A stretch of 64,000 nt of DNA from a virus (Duplodnaviria > Caudoviricetes): positions 2,190-66,189 of the IMG/VR virus record IMGVR_UViG_3300033146_001059; one strand, 5' to 3'. Both the position numbers and the translations under genes were made by a program. Positions 1-11,280 of the stretch are shown in pieces. Each line of letters opens with the position of its first letter. Position 1 is the first letter of the stretch. Below the pieces are notes generated by a model that was given only the letters and a program-made list of their open reading frames with translations, ran no database searches and was not told the DNA's origin.

Positions 1-804
1 TTCTATAGGTGTACCATTATAGTTAACTGGTCCTATACCAAACTCAACTATGGCACCAGATACTCCAGTGTTACACTTACCAAATGCCTGATTAAACTTA
101 ACATTAGCAACTGTATTGACACCTATGGCAGTAGAGGCTGCACCTGCTGAATGAGAGAATTGACCTAACGCTAGTGAAGCTAACCCTATCGCCCTAGCAG
201 CTATACCCCACGCAAATGAAATGTGTCCTGCCGCTGTTGTATGATTACCTAATGCAAATGAAACGTGTCCTGAAGCAAGATTTTTAGATCCTGCAGCAAA
301 AGAATCATTACCCAATGCGCCCAGAGTTGTAGGGTAAGGGGGTGCCTGTTCCTGGTTAGGTGGTTTTTCAGGTGTTGGTGGAGGTGGATTTGCACCTACT
401 GACAGATCTGTTGCGCCATCACCTATACCCCCGTAATTTGCACTTGGCCTACCGACATATCTCCAACCACTCTTTCCGTTTTTAGTAACTTTCTCCAAAC
501 CAGTGCCACTCCCGACACCAAAAGACTCCCAATCAGATGCTTCTGTCACATCTGGGTCGTTAGTTGGGTCGTTTATAAGTTTATAGTATCCTGCAGTGAG
601 AGCATCATTCCCATCTGAATTTTGATTATACACCAACATCCCAACTCTACGTCTGGGCCTGGGTATATTTAAAATATCTGTTAATTGTGCCCACGTAGAA
701 AAACCACCAATTCCCCACCTAGGATCCGAGACACCATAAGTATCTAATGAATCCGTAGGGGCGAAAAATCCTGTTACTTGTACACTTCCCGGTATCTTAG
801 CCAT
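1..804 (-). CDS. Tail fibre/adhesin-like protein with YadA-like (Hep/Hag) head repeats; truncated at window edge
   Basis: Not in the ORF track (runs off the window). ATG at 804 reads MAKIPGSVQVTGFFAPTDSLDTYGVSDPRWGIGG, then a Pro-rich linker and ~14-aa repeats (SFAAGSKNLASGHV, SFALGNITTAAGHI, SFAWGIAARAIGLA). Confidence 0.7.
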   Translation of the reverse strand, partial: MAKIPGSVQVTGFFAPTDSLDTYGVSDPRWGIGGFSTWAQLTDILNIPRPRRRVGMLVYNQNSDGNDALTAGYYKLINDPTNDPDVTEASDWESFGVGSGTGLEKVTKNGKSGWRYVGRPSANYGGIGDGATDLSVGANPPPPTPEKPPNQEQAPPYPTTLGALGNDSFAAGSKNLASGHVSFALGNHTTAAGHISFAWGIAARAIGLASLALGQFSHSAGAASTAIGVNTVANVKFNQAFGKCNTGVSGAIVEFGIGPVNYNGTPIE

Positions 805-818
805 GCTAATTATTTATA

Positions 819-2048
819 TTATGTTAGTACTATTGTTAAAGCTCCGTTTATAACATTCGTAGTTCTATAACACATAAGGTTAATAGATATTGAATGAGCA
901 TTTGTCAATGCAACTGTTATAGGTGCCTCCATTGCCACTGGTAACTGTGTAAGTTCATCCTTAAATACAGTAGGTTGTGCTTCTGAGTCAACTACACATA
1001 TCCATTTATAGGTCCCCACTGCTGCACCAAATACGTAACTTCCAGCTGACCCACTTTTAAGTGTATTGGCCAATATCTTGATTTGAGGCTCTAATATTGC
1101 CGCAGATGTATGATTACCATAATAAAGTCTATTCATCCATTTTATACTATCTGATTTAGACCCTATTGCACCTCCAGCCGGTTTGTCGGCATTAAATGTC
1201 CATGTTTCTGTAGCGACAGTTGCATGTGTAAATGTTGACCCAGTATCAGCTGTAACTATACCTGAAGTACCTGTAGTAGGGAAAGATGCTCCTGCAAATC
1301 CCGCAGCTCCTGTTATAGTCATATTTATTGGGGCAGCACCGTTACTGTCAGTAGTCCAACTTAAAGATGCATTTGCTAAGGTAACTGTTGCCCCAACTTC
1401 TACGTTCACCCCTGGATTAACAGATAAACCTGCTAATGTAGGTGCTAGATATGGAGAAAGTAAATCTTCAATAATGTCAGTTATAGGAGTATGTGCGTCA
1501 TATGTTGTACCAGAAGAAATACCACCAACTGAAATAGTAGATGTTACGGCTCTGTTAATTACAACAACCTCTAACCACGCAGTAGATAATCCACCTGGGT
1601 TTATTGCTGCTATATCCATTGGAGGACCGTCAACACTGTTTGCAGGTACTGACGTATGATCTCTTATTGTTAAGAATGTTCTATTCGACTGAGTAACTAT
1701 ATCACCAGCAATATAATCAATTCCAGATGCCCATACTTGATGAAGACTTCCACCACTACCACCCCCTGTTGCAAGCGAGGCCCAGTTTACATTAGTAGTA
1801 ACATCCCCCACAGGGTTACTTATTAACTGATATATACCATTATTAACATCTGCTGCATCAATATTTTGATTGTAAACCAGCATCCCAAGTCTACGTCTTC
1901 CCGCAGGTATTGAAAGTATCTCTGCCCACTGAGGCCACGTTGAGTAACCACCTATACCCCATCTTGGGTCTGATACGCCAAACGTATCCTTATCATCTGT
2001 AGGTGCGAAAAAGCCCGTCACCTGTACACTTCCTGGTATTTTAGCCAT
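819..2048 (-). CDS. Tail fibre/structural protein (409 aa)
   Basis: N-terminus nearly identical to the ORF at 1-804; C-terminal ~230 aa paralogous to 2074-3240; Gly/Thr-rich beta composition; tail module position. Confidence 0.65.
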   Translation of the reverse strand: MAKIPGSVQVTGFFAPTDDKDTFGVSDPRWGIGGYSTWPQWAEILSIPAGRRRLGMLVYNQNIDAADVNNGIYQLISNPVGDVTTNVNWASLATGGGSGGSLHQVWASGIDYIAGDIVTQSNRTFLTIRDHTSVPANSVDGPPMDIAAINPGGLSTAWLEVVVINRAVTSTISVGGISSGTTYDAHTPITDIIEDLLSPYLAPTLAGLSVNPGVNVEVGATVTLANASLSWTTDSNGAAPINMTITGAAGFAGASFPTTGTSGIVTADTGSTFTHATVATETWTFNADKPAGGAIGSKSDSIKWMNRLYYGNHTSAAILEPQIKILANTLKSGSAGSYVFGAAVGTYKWICVVDSEAQPTVFKDELTQLPVAMEAPITVALTNAHSISINLMCYRTTNVINGALTIVLT

Positions 2049-2073
2049 TATTTTAGTGTTTTATTTATTAATA

Positions 2074-3240
2074 TTAATTTGTTATTATAACGGTTACGTC
2101 ACCACCTAATTTTTCTTTACTTCTATAGCACAATAGTGTTAGTGCCTGTTGAAAATCGTTAGTAATTGCTACCGAAATAGGATTATTTTCATACATTGCT
2201 ATATTTAATCCAGTATCAGCGTCTTTTATAGTTACAGGCTGTGCCTCTGAACTAACAATACAAAACCATTTATATTTACCAGTCTCTGTAGGAAATACAA
2301 ACGTACCATCTGATCCATCTATAAGTATATTGTCAAATGCTTTTATTTTCACTTCTGTAATATTCCCATCAGCATTACCAAAATACATCCTATTCTTCCA
2401 ATACACAGTATCACTTTTGGTTTGTAATGCAGTACTATTTTTATCATTAGCAGAAAAAACCCACGTCTTTGATCCAGGTATTGTAAGTATCACTGGTGAA
2501 CCACTTGCCACTATATTAGCAGCAGTACCTGATGATGGAAATGTAGCACCTGAAAACTCTTCACCTGATATAGCCATATTAAATGGTACATTACCGTCAC
2601 TGTCGAGTGTCCAAGCTATATCAGCTGATATTACAACCAATGATTCACCTACCTCACGAAGTACGCCTGGATGAATATCTAGTCTAGTTAAATCTGATTT
2701 AACGTCAGGAGAAACTAGTTGACGTATAAACTCATTTAGATCTGAACCAGCAGGTACCGGATCATTTTTCTTTATACCTCCAACGTTTACCGTAGCGTTT
2801 ATCTGTGTAGTCGTACCACCACCAGAAAACACATATTTTGTACTTGCAACATTCCAGACATATAGTGAACCTGTGTTCTCAACTATATACACTGCATTAA
2901 CCTCACCGTAAGGCGGTAATTCTGATTTATTTGTATATGTATATATATTACCTCCACCACCTGAAGAGCCCCCAGTAATCTCAGTCCATCTGCTGTCGCC
3001 CAGGTTTATCCCAGGTGCACCACTAACACTTGCAATATAAACTTTCTTACCGGTATCATCTGTTACAAGTTCTCCTTTATTGTAATTTACTGTGTTATCA
3101 GCAATCATTATCTTAAGATTGCTCCACTCTACCGTACCTGCTGCATCTGCTGCATAAAGTAATTTACCTATTTTAGCGTCGTCTGCGGCTGTATGTATAA
3201 CCAGATCCCTTAAAACCTTTAAATCTCCCCTTATTTTCAT
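2074..3240 (-). CDS. Tail fibre/structural protein (388 aa)
   Basis: Paralogous C-terminal domain with 819-2048 (VGGI, WxNRxYxGN, YKWxCxVxSEAQP); GGSSGGGG linker. Confidence 0.6.
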   Translation of the reverse strand: MKIRGDLKVLRDLVIHTAADDAKIGKLLYAADAAGTVEWSNLKIMIADNTVNYNKGELVTDDTGKKVYIASVSGAPGINLGDSRWTEITGGSSGGGGNIYTYTNKSELPPYGEVNAVYIVENTGSLYVWNVASTKYVFSGGGTTTQINATVNVGGIKKNDPVPAGSDLNEFIRQLVSPDVKSDLTRLDIHPGVLREVGESLVVISADIAWTLDSDGNVPFNMAISGEEFSGATFPSSGTAANIVASGSPVILTIPGSKTWVFSANDKNSTALQTKSDTVYWKNRMYFGNADGNITEVKIKAFDNILIDGSDGTFVFPTETGKYKWFCIVSSEAQPVTIKDADTGLNIAMYENNPISVAITNDFQQALTLLCYRSKEKLGGDVTVIITN

Positions 3241-3241
3241 T

Positions 3242-3784
3242 TTATGATAATTTTACTTTTATACTAGTCCCGGACAATATGTTAGGGTATAAATATATGT
3301 ATAGCTTCTTATCTACATCCCATTTAATTGAGTCTGGGTATGTCACTTCTGTATCGCCATCTATTATTAATTCAGCAGTTATCACACCAGCCTGCGTGGC
3401 GTAAAAAGGTAATTTAGAGTAATCAAAGAAAATATAATTTAGGTCATTTGTTTTAGTTATATTATATCTAACAACATCAGAGCTTATTACAAAATTGTAA
3501 GTTTTACCAACGTAGTCTATACCTCCAGGCCCTCCTATATTATTATCCCATGTAGCGTATGTTTTTCCCACGAGCATTAACCCCCACGGATTTTCTACCC
3601 ATTTATACCTTACATTTGTTTCATCAACATATATCTCTATCCCATCATATAATTGCTCATAGGACGTAGCTACAAAATCCATAAGATCTTGCACAGTACT
3701 AAACTGAGACCTGTCATCTACTGGCCTAGCTTTCATTATTTTAAACCCTAAGGTCTGGGTGCTATTATTAATCTTCTTTGCCAT
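3242..3784 (-). CDS. Putative tail-associated structural protein (180 aa)
   Basis: Tightly packed ORF in the tail module; GFKIxxxxPVDDR N-terminal motif resembling phage tail proteins. Confidence 0.5.
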   Translation of the reverse strand: MAKKINNSTQTLGFKIMKARPVDDRSQFSTVQDLMDFVATSYEQLYDGIEIYVDETNVRYKWVENPWGLMLVGKTYATWDNNIGGPGGIDYVGKTYNFVISSDVVRYNITKTNDLNYIFFDYSKLPFYATQAGVITAELIIDGDTEVTYPDSIKWDVDKKLYIYLYPNILSGTSIKVKLS

Positions 3785-3785
3785 G

Positions 3786-5177
3786 CTAAGCCTGTTTTTT
3801 TATTTGATAATCAATTGGTAATGAAGACTCCCCTGTAGGTGATTGTTCAATATAAGCATCAACTATATCTGCTGTAACAGTGGTTCCTGTGATATTTGAC
3901 ACCACATCAAAAGTATTTGTAACATCATAACTACTCAAAATTATAGCAGCATTCCAGCTTCTAGGCAATTCAAATATAGTAAATAATGGTGTGTGATAAC
4001 CAGTGAGCTCTTGTGGTATGATAGTAGCTATCTTAGGTGTTAAATTACCTACTCCAGCATCCGCTGTAATTGTTGTTTTATAAACATCTCCAGAGCTATT
4101 GTATCCGCCGACAGTCAATATATTTACTTTTTTATCTGCCCCAACATATCCTGAAACAGTGCTTTTTGATGCCTGTGGTACTCTATTTATAATTGTGGCT
4201 GTTTTATTCATTACTGAACCATACTCTATCACTTGTATTTTATATGTCTTATTTCCTGTACCGTAATCAAATGAATGTAATAATCCACTAACCGTTACAT
4301 CAGTAGCTGGATAATCAGTCTCATCACCTGTAGCAGGCACACCAGCATTCATTACTACATTGCCGTCTGGATCAGTAACTTCCCATGTAAACAAGTCATA
4401 ACTCCCTTTATCTACTCTGTATACGAGGTCAAATGACGCGTCTGTTGCTTTCTGTAACACCGAATTAGGTGAGATTGAGATAGAAGGTACAGAGTGCGAC
4501 ACTCCCCCAACTTTATAAGTTGCACTTCTTATGAGCTTCTCGTCCTGACCAGGTAAATTAGTAAGATCGTATACAACTACTAACATAAATGATATAGTAT
4601 CATCCGCCCTATCAATAGCTTCACCGGTACTTATCTCATGGTTTATAACTTTACCAGTAGAATCCACGCCATCAACTATTAAATCCACACCATTCAGGAA
4701 TTCACCAGCTGTATTTTGTGCTGTTACACCAAGAGCTACATCTTTATATATGGACCAATATATGTTTGATGCGTCATTCTGCTCTATCTTAAACGAGAAA
4801 TCTAAAATATTTCCCCTACCAAAAGTTGGTGACACACTAAATGAAATTAATCTTGGAGGTATTTTTATATCCCTCTCTACAGGTTTATCATAGAAATAAC
4901 CAACTACTATGGTTCTTCCATCTAGTACTACACCATTAAAATGTACCTCAGAAATACCCACTACTGTGTAATCCCTGCCTAATGCCTGTGTTACACCATT
5001 AATAGACACAAAAGAAATTTTATGTATACTGTAATTAGTGTAGAATATTGTTTTTGCATTTATGATAGCAATATTGGAATTAGTCCCAACAACACCGAAT
5101 TCTTGTATATAATTCACGTTGTTAGTTCTCATTATTAACTCTCTATCTATAATGTCTCTTATTTTACGTTTAGCCAT
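3786..5177 (-). CDS. Putative structural protein, beta-rich/Ig-like domains (463 aa)
   Basis: Long ORF, Val/Thr/Ser-rich, between the stabilisation protein and fibre genes. Confidence 0.5.
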   Translation of the reverse strand: MAKRKIRDIIDRELIMRTNNVNYIQEFGVVGTNSNIAIINAKTIFYTNYSIHKISFVSINGVTQALGRDYTVVGISEVHFNGVVLDGRTIVVGYFYDKPVERDIKIPPRLISFSVSPTFGRGNILDFSFKIEQNDASNIYWSIYKDVALGVTAQNTAGEFLNGVDLIVDGVDSTGKVINHEISTGEAIDRADDTISFMLVVVYDLTNLPGQDEKLIRSATYKVGGVSHSVPSISISPNSVLQKATDASFDLVYRVDKGSYDLFTWEVTDPDGNVVMNAGVPATGDETDYPATDVTVSGLLHSFDYGTGNKTYKIQVIEYGSVMNKTATIINRVPQASKSTVSGYVGADKKVNILTVGGYNSSGDVYKTTITADAGVGNLTPKIATIIPQELTGYHTPLFTIFELPRSWNAAIILSSYDVTNTFDVVSNITGTTVTADIVDAYIEQSPTGESSLPIDYQIKKQA

Positions 5178-5179
5178 AA

Positions 5180-8100
5180 TTAATCATAATTATTAGTGAA
5201 TAGTGATATAACATTGTATAAATAAGTATAATCCTCACCGCTATATGTTATTTTTATTTTAAAATACTTATCTCTTACTCTTCTTGATGAATTGTTAAAC
5301 CTACTGAACGAATCAACCTTACCAACTTGCACTAAATACTTACCGTCTCTATAATAAGCATTCTCTTTGAATATTCCAATACTCATGTTAGAAGAATCCT
5401 CTCTAATATAGATATTTTCTTCAAATACGGTATTAAACACATTGTCAATGTCAGTATAATCTGGCTCATCAATAATATCACCGTTATCATCGTAATAATT
5501 TATTTTATTTTGACGTAAAACGGCATTCGGAACATCAGTCGTTATGGAGTACTGAATGGTTTTAGGTTTTATTTTATTAGATAGTATCTGTATATTTGTA
5601 AGTATTTTCTCCATATCAGGTCTCTCATGCATAACAAATTCAACGTGAAATGTGTGCTGAGTACCGTGAAACTTACAATATGTAGAGTTAACACCTGTTG
5701 CCCACGCCTCTGATTTTCTATTAGAAACATCAAATAATAAATTATATTCATTATCTGTTAATTGAAACTTAGGGGTATAACTTGTTCTGGATACCCACCT
5801 ATTCATAACCTCGTTATAATACACTGTACCGTATGTAGAAAATAATCCACCAGACTTATCATTCAACAATTTATTATAAGAAAAATATACATTCTTTTTT
5901 ACAGAGTCGAATGACGTATATATTTTTGGTATTCCTACGTCGCTCTTCAATTGAACCAGTTCTTTTTTTGCTTTGAGTAGGTATGATTCTATCTTATAAT
6001 CACTTAAAATTTCAATGCTAGAACCAGAAACCCTCCATATCTTATTACGTATAAAATCTACCCCGTAGATTGTATTGAAACTTCGTATAATTGATTCTGG
6101 ATTTACAGACCCAATAGTAGAGTCTATAACCCTGGCTTTTGAAGCAAGTGCCTGAGCATCATCAACATATATATCTTCTTGAGAATTCACAAGAGTTCTA
6201 CCATCAACTGTTATAAGAGCAACTCCATTTTCAAATATGCAAAAAAGATTATTATTATGGTTTATTAACTTAACTATTTGACCTAACTCCGAATTATAAT
6301 CTTTAAAGTTTATTCCGGAAAAATCCCTATATCCATTGAAAAACTCACTCTGAATATTTGGTGCAGATATCATTATCCTGTTTGGATATTGTAATGTGTA
6401 TGTTGGCGCCTCTACCGAGATACCAACGTATGAGACAGCCCTGTAATCCCCTGTTAAACCTCTGTTATATGCTGACGAGTCTGGTCTATACTCTGAGTAT
6501 AGTTTATCAGCCGCAACTGCAGGGTGAAATCCTCTCTCGCTACCGTATAGCATCATCTCCATAGGGTCTGATTTTTCATACGACCTAACATCAGCGTTGT
6601 GGTTAGTTTGAGATATTATTTCCACTATCATTCCATTTGACGCTAATTTTCTACCTTCATCCATAGTTTCTGATGACGATGATGATTTCCATCCGGTAGT
6701 AATGTTCTCATCTATATCATGAGTCCACTCTTGCGTAGGCCCGGAACCATAAGTATTAAAATCACTAAATGTTGCTGCCGGTGCATCCATTATCCCCATA
6801 GCATATGTAGTCCTCTTAAACACCTTAGTTATAAAACAATCACCATCTGCCACAACTACTGTATCAGTTTCACCAAAAGGTAACCTATCAGTAGTAGAAA
6901 AATATGGTAAACTGTTTGTACTTGAATATATTTCAGCTAAATCTGTAGACGTAAGTGTTGCCTGGGTGGCTTTTATCTCTGCTAGATAAAGAATATCATT
7001 TTTCCAAAAATGTTCAAACTCTAATGTGCTTGTTGCAGTAAAATTCAATGTATATAGATCATTTTCATTTGTTATATCCATCGCAGATGCACTTGGATCC
7101 GTAGCCTCTGCTGTAAATGAGTAATTACCATGTGTAGGTATAGTTATACTTCTCACAATAAACTCTGATGTCTCCCCGGCTATGATAAAATCCACATAAC
7201 TACCAACAGATACATTAGCTTTAAGGTCATCACCAGGACGTTTACCGGCTGCATTTATATAACTTAACTCAAACGTATACGTACTATTAACTAGACTTAT
7301 TTTCATTTTACCAGTTAAAGGCGAGTGCTGTGTTAATTTATAACTTGAATTATAATTAGTTGGGTTAAATAACTCTACCCCTATGTATTTGCTCCAGTTA
7401 TTGACGACCGATGCATACGGATATAAGTTTGCTGTTCCAGTATTATCCCACCACGAAGCTTTATTTATACCTGTCTGTCCATCATCCCATAAACTTACTG
7501 GGTAATCTGTCACAGTAGATGCGTATCCCATAGCGATAGATTTTTTAGGTAGGTATGCGACAGGGTAAAATTTTAATCTTTGTTTACCTTGAAAGTGTAT
7601 TTCTATATGCCTATAATCCCAATCGTGTACAATACCTTGTGCTGGACTAGTATCAAACTGGAAATAATTGCCGTGCCTCACAGGTGAACTGTCTACGGAG
7701 TACTCTCTGTTTACAGTTGGAACATAAATTATATCCCCTTTACGTAAAACCTTTAAAATACCTTCTCTATTTATTTTATTTGCGTCAGTTACATGTATCT
7801 TCATAGCAGCAGCACCCCAGCTCCAGTATTCAATGTATATCATACCAGAATCTGGTGCCCTATCTTTATAACCATCCCTATGTCTATACTTTATCTGACC
7901 GGAGTTACCTACAATAGACGTATATGCAAAGTTGTATGTTCTATCTATCTGTGATGTGAACTGTCCCTCGGCTGCAACTGACACACCATTTGGTACGTAC
8001 ACGAATTTTCCCTTGTACTTTAAATCCCCCTCTAAATTTTGTAAACTAGGCGGACTTTCTACCCCACTAGCTGTTATATCTCTTATATACTGTACCCTAC

Positions 8101-11029
8101 TGGTGTCGTTAGTCATTGATGTTAGTCTAATAGCGGTATTACTATTATAGCCAACTATATTTATATTAAGATTGGCATTATTAAGTATTGACGCCATATT
8201 TATACCATCAACTTCAAAGTCACCACTAAAAAATACCACTTTATTAGATCTAGGTACTCTTCCCTTCTCACTAGGAAAAGCTATACCACTAGGATGTATA
8301 AGTGGTATCGCTGAAGCATACTGTGGCACATGTGCAGTTACTAAGTCATATAGATTATGTTTTAAATCAGAACTCTTTGCAAGCCCTAAACCCGGAGACT
8401 GCCCTTTATCCCATCCAATATATGTTTTCTCCTGATCTACTTCTCCAGGAGTTGTAGGATATACATTCCGAGCAATATATGTGGCTGTATTTCTTCTAAA
8501 ACCTATAAAATCATAACTTCCTACTACAGTATCTATATTACCTATAGGCAACACTGCTGTAGGGCTTATTAATCCCTGATATAGAGTATCTTTATTTCTA
8601 GTTTTTCTAACTACAAAATACCCTATTATATTAGACTTTAAGTAACCTAAATATTTATTATTTATAGAAGTTATAGGTGTCATATCTAGTACCAACTTTG
8701 TAACTTGACGCCTACCTTTTTTTAGTAGATGCTTGTCGTGAAAAGTTCTATATAAACCTCGTACGTTTTCGAACCTGTTTATCGACGGAATAGTATCAAT
8801 CTCATCTTGCCCGACTATACCGTTACTTGTACGAATATCTAAATCCTCACCAAGTATTATATCACCACTATACTGCTCACCACCTTTATAATTATCTAAT
8901 CCTCTTACTGGAAATGCGGGAGTCAGTGATCCGCCGTCAAGTATATATACAACACCTAACTCATATGTCTCACCACCCCAAAAACCGAGATTATTATAAA
9001 CATTGAACGGGTCGCCATATGATGTCTTTATACCTTCAATCACTTCATTCACTCTGATTCTCTGTGTCAGTTTATCAAGTATGTCAAATAACGTCTCGTC
9101 TATATTCGAAGAAACATTCCCAAGAACTAACCTATTATTTATCTGATCTAAAGTCTTCACTGTACTAATTGCAGAATAACTAGTGTTAATAGTTTCCTCA
9201 TTAACTACAGTTATCTCCTCTAAACCAGAATGCTGTATAGCACACGAACCGTCATCAGCTATATAATAACGTTCATTTATTTTATATGACTTAGCAACAG
9301 GTTGTGAGTCCCCACTAACATGTGTCACAGATACTTCTATACTTCCAGAAGTAACATCTAACCCACTTAACATGAACTTCACTAATTTATTAGTCTTTTT
9401 ATCACCTGAGACACCGTAGGCATCCCTATTATTACCGAAATGTATAGACACTAAACGCGATTCAGCAAGTATGTCAGACAGATTTCCATCAGCATTTTTA
9501 TGCCTGAAGTAGTACCTGTACCCACCTCCGAGTAGTACACCACCCTTTTCTACTCCGATAAAATCCAATTTAGCTACAGACGTCGACTTAATTATAAGGT
9601 CAGTTCTTTTAAAAAATTTAGCTGAGTATGTATTCGTGTCTTTAGCTTGTCGTCTATCTATTATTGTAGCAGAACCATCTGAATTCAACCTGAATCTACT
9701 ATTTATAAATCTTATAGGATTATTATTATCTGTGAATATAAAATTTACAGATCTATCATACTCTTGCTGAAGTGTGAGGTCTATGAAGTCATTTAAATTA
9801 AATTCAAATTCCTTAGTTCTAAAAGGCATGGTATGACAAGCATCAACCTCCCAAGGATTAATATAACTCGCACAATCACTACCCACAGGTGTATTCTCCT
9901 CTGTTAGGAAATTATGTATAGGAGAATATACTTTAACTAAATCTGTTCTAACATTGTTTGATGATGTAACTACTTTTCCATCAACAGCATACTCCATAGA
10001 AAAGATACTTAGTGTGTCTTTCGGGAATTCAACCATGTCATTAATGTTGCCATGATATTTATTCATGTAAAACCTTAGCATATCATAATAATCCTCCATC
10101 TTTATATTAGGAAGAAAACTTAACGAGGCCTCGGGGTCCCCTAATTTAGTATAAAATTCTTCCAACTCACTGTCACTTAATGATATAGCCACACCTGAAA
10201 CATCCTGTATTGTAGATGTTGCTACGTCAGTACTATTATTTACAAATTGAGTGTATTTCACATTGTCTCTGCTGACAAAATTAAATGCACACGGCGTTAG
10301 GTATTTTAATGATTTATTCATCCTAGGTAGTGACGTGGATGTTTCGTATGTGATATACACAGTAAACGTATGTGTTTTCATGTCAACTACATCTATACGC
10401 ATTAATGTATCCCACTCAGCATCATCAGACATAACCTGGGCATCAACTGGAACAGAGCATTCTATAGCCCCTTCGTGCATGTACACCTTTTTTGTATCGA
10501 AAGAGGAAAATATACCATTATCATTTAATTTATAACGTAAAATAACATCTCTACCTATAGATGCGTCGGTTAATGTAAATTCTATAGCACGAGTTAATGT
10601 ATATTTATTTCTATCCTCAAACGGTACTATAACTGCATTAGTACGTGTTACCACCTTCACTATGTCAACACCTAATTTTTTATTATTATTTGAGTAATCA
10701 CTCCATTTAGGGCTTGGAAATGTTCCAAGTTCACCTTCAACAAAAGTCCCATCTGTATTAAATTTCCCACTTACTATATATGCAATATTGTTATAAGACT
10801 TAGCTGCTAACGGTATAAACCCCTCTGTTAGTGCAAAACCAACGCCAGCATTCTCATTTAAAATATCACCAGGAATATTCTTTAATACATATTGATTTTC
10901 ACCTACAGTAAGAATTTCAACATTTAATGCGTCTATCATCTCTGTGTTTTTTACCACAAGAGGATGACTGTCTGTGTTTATTCCATCATTAAAACTGTTA
11001 GACCCTGATCCTTTATTATTTAACGCCAT
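5180..11029 (-). CDS. Tail stabilisation / muzzle protein, crAss-like (1949 aa)
   Basis: N-terminal NSFxxGINTD..DALN motif, C-terminal YYNE..WVSR and RVRDKYFKIKITY; position after the IHF-like and ring genes matches crAss-like synteny. Confidence 0.75.
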   Translation of the reverse strand: MALNNKGSGSNSFNDGINTDSHPLVVKNTEMIDALNVEILTVGENQYVLKNIPGDILNENAGVGFALTEGFIPLAAKSYNNIAYIVSGKFNTDGTFVEGELGTFPSPKWSDYSNNNKKLGVDIVKVVTRTNAVIVPFEDRNKYTLTRAIEFTLTDASIGRDVILRYKLNDNGIFSSFDTKKVYMHEGAIECSVPVDAQVMSDDAEWDTLMRIDVVDMKTHTFTVYITYETSTSLPRMNKSLKYLTPCAFNFVSRDNVKYTQFVNNSTDVATSTIQDVSGVAISLSDSELEEFYTKLGDPEASLSFLPNIKMEDYYDMLRFYMNKYHGNINDMVEFPKDTLSIFSMEYAVDGKVVTSSNNVRTDLVKVYSPIHNFLTEENTPVGSDCASYINPWEVDACHTMPFRTKEFEFNLNDFIDLTLQQEYDRSVNFIFTDNNNPIRFINSRFRLNSDGSATIIDRRQAKDTNTYSAKFFKRTDLIIKSTSVAKLDFIGVEKGGVLLGGGYRYYFRHKNADGNLSDILAESRLVSIHFGNNRDAYGVSGDKKTNKLVKFMLSGLDVTSGSIEVSVTHVSGDSQPVAKSYKINERYYIADDGSCAIQHSGLEEITVVNEETINTSYSAISTVKTLDQINNRLVLGNVSSNIDETLFDILDKLTQRIRVNEVIEGIKTSYGDPFNVYNNLGFWGGETYELGVVYILDGGSLTPAFPVRGLDNYKGGEQYSGDIILGEDLDIRTSNGIVGQDEIDTIPSINRFENVRGLYRTFHDKHLLKKGRRQVTKLVLDMTPITSINNKYLGYLKSNIIGYFVVRKTRNKDTLYQGLISPTAVLPIGNIDTVVGSYDFIGFRRNTATYIARNVYPTTPGEVDQEKTYIGWDKGQSPGLGLAKSSDLKHNLYDLVTAHVPQYASAIPLIHPSGIAFPSEKGRVPRSNKVVFFSGDFEVDGINMASILNNANLNINIVGYNSNTAIRLTSMTNDTSRVQYIRDITASGVESPPSLQNLEGDLKYKGKFVYVPNGVSVAAEGQFTSQIDRTYNFAYTSIVGNSGQIKYRHRDGYKDRAPDSGMIYIEYWSWGAAAMKIHVTDANKINREGILKVLRKGDIIYVPTVNREYSVDSSPVRHGNYFQFDTSPAQGIVHDWDYRHIEIHFQGKQRLKFYPVAYLPKKSIAMGYASTVTDYPVSLWDDGQTGINKASWWDNTGTANLYPYASVVNNWSKYIGVELFNPTNYNSSYKLTQHSPLTGKMKISLVNSTYTFELSYINAAGKRPGDDLKANVSVGSYVDFIIAGETSEFIVRSITIPTHGNYSFTAEATDPSASAMDITNENDLYTLNFTATSTLEFEHFWKNDILYLAEIKATQATLTSTDLAEIYSSTNSLPYFSTTDRLPFGETDTVVVADGDCFITKVFKRTTYAMGIMDAPAATFSDFNTYGSGPTQEWTHDIDENITTGWKSSSSSETMDEGRKLASNGMIVEIISQTNHNADVRSYEKSDPMEMMLYGSERGFHPAVAADKLYSEYRPDSSAYNRGLTGDYRAVSYVGISVEAPTYTLQYPNRIMISAPNIQSEFFNGYRDFSGINFKDYNSELGQIVKLINHNNNLFCIFENGVALITVDGRTLVNSQEDIYVDDAQALASKARVIDSTIGSVNPESIIRSFNTIYGVDFIRNKIWRVSGSSIEILSDYKIESYLLKAKKELVQLKSDVGIPKIYTSFDSVKKNVYFSYNKLLNDKSGGLFSTYGTVYYNEVMNRWVSRTSYTPKFQLTDNEYNLLFDVSNRKSEAWATGVNSTYCKFHGTQHTFHVEFVMHERPDMEKILTNIQILSNKIKPKTIQYSITTDVPNAVLRQNKINYYDDNGDIIDEPDYTDIDNVFNTVFEENIYIREDSSNMSIGIFKENAYYRDGKYLVQVGKVDSFSRFNNSSRRVRDKYFKIKITYSGEDYTYLYNVISLFTNNYD

Positions 11030-11279
11030 CTTTTCTTCTTTTTATATTCTTTTCCTTGTTACTTCGTGCTGGTGATATAGCTCTATACATAGTGAATACA
11101 TTTGTTGTACTGTCTATCATAGATTTAGATTTGAATCTCACTGCCCCAGTAACACTTCTAAGTGTTTTCAAAATTGAGGAGTTACCCAACTTGAGTATAG
11201 AGCGTATAGACGATTCCTCTACCTCTGGGAATATCTTAGCAAGCTCAATTACATAATCATTTACATTCTTAACTTTCAT
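11016..11279 (-). CDS. Small basic protein, possibly IHF/HU-like
   Basis: Basic ORF (MKVKNVNDY start preferred); synteny with the crAss-like IHF pair. Confidence 0.4.
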   Translation of the reverse strand: MKVKNVNDYVIELAKIFPEVEESSIRSILKLGNSSILKTLRSVTGAVRFKSKSMIDSTTNVFTMYRAISPARSNKEKNIKRRKDGVK

Positions 11280-11280
11280 A

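Noticed and set aside
1-5177. Diversity-generating retroelement or invertase-driven tail switching
   Set aside because: No reverse transcriptase, recombinase, adenine-specific TR/VR pair or inverted crossover repeats seen in the window
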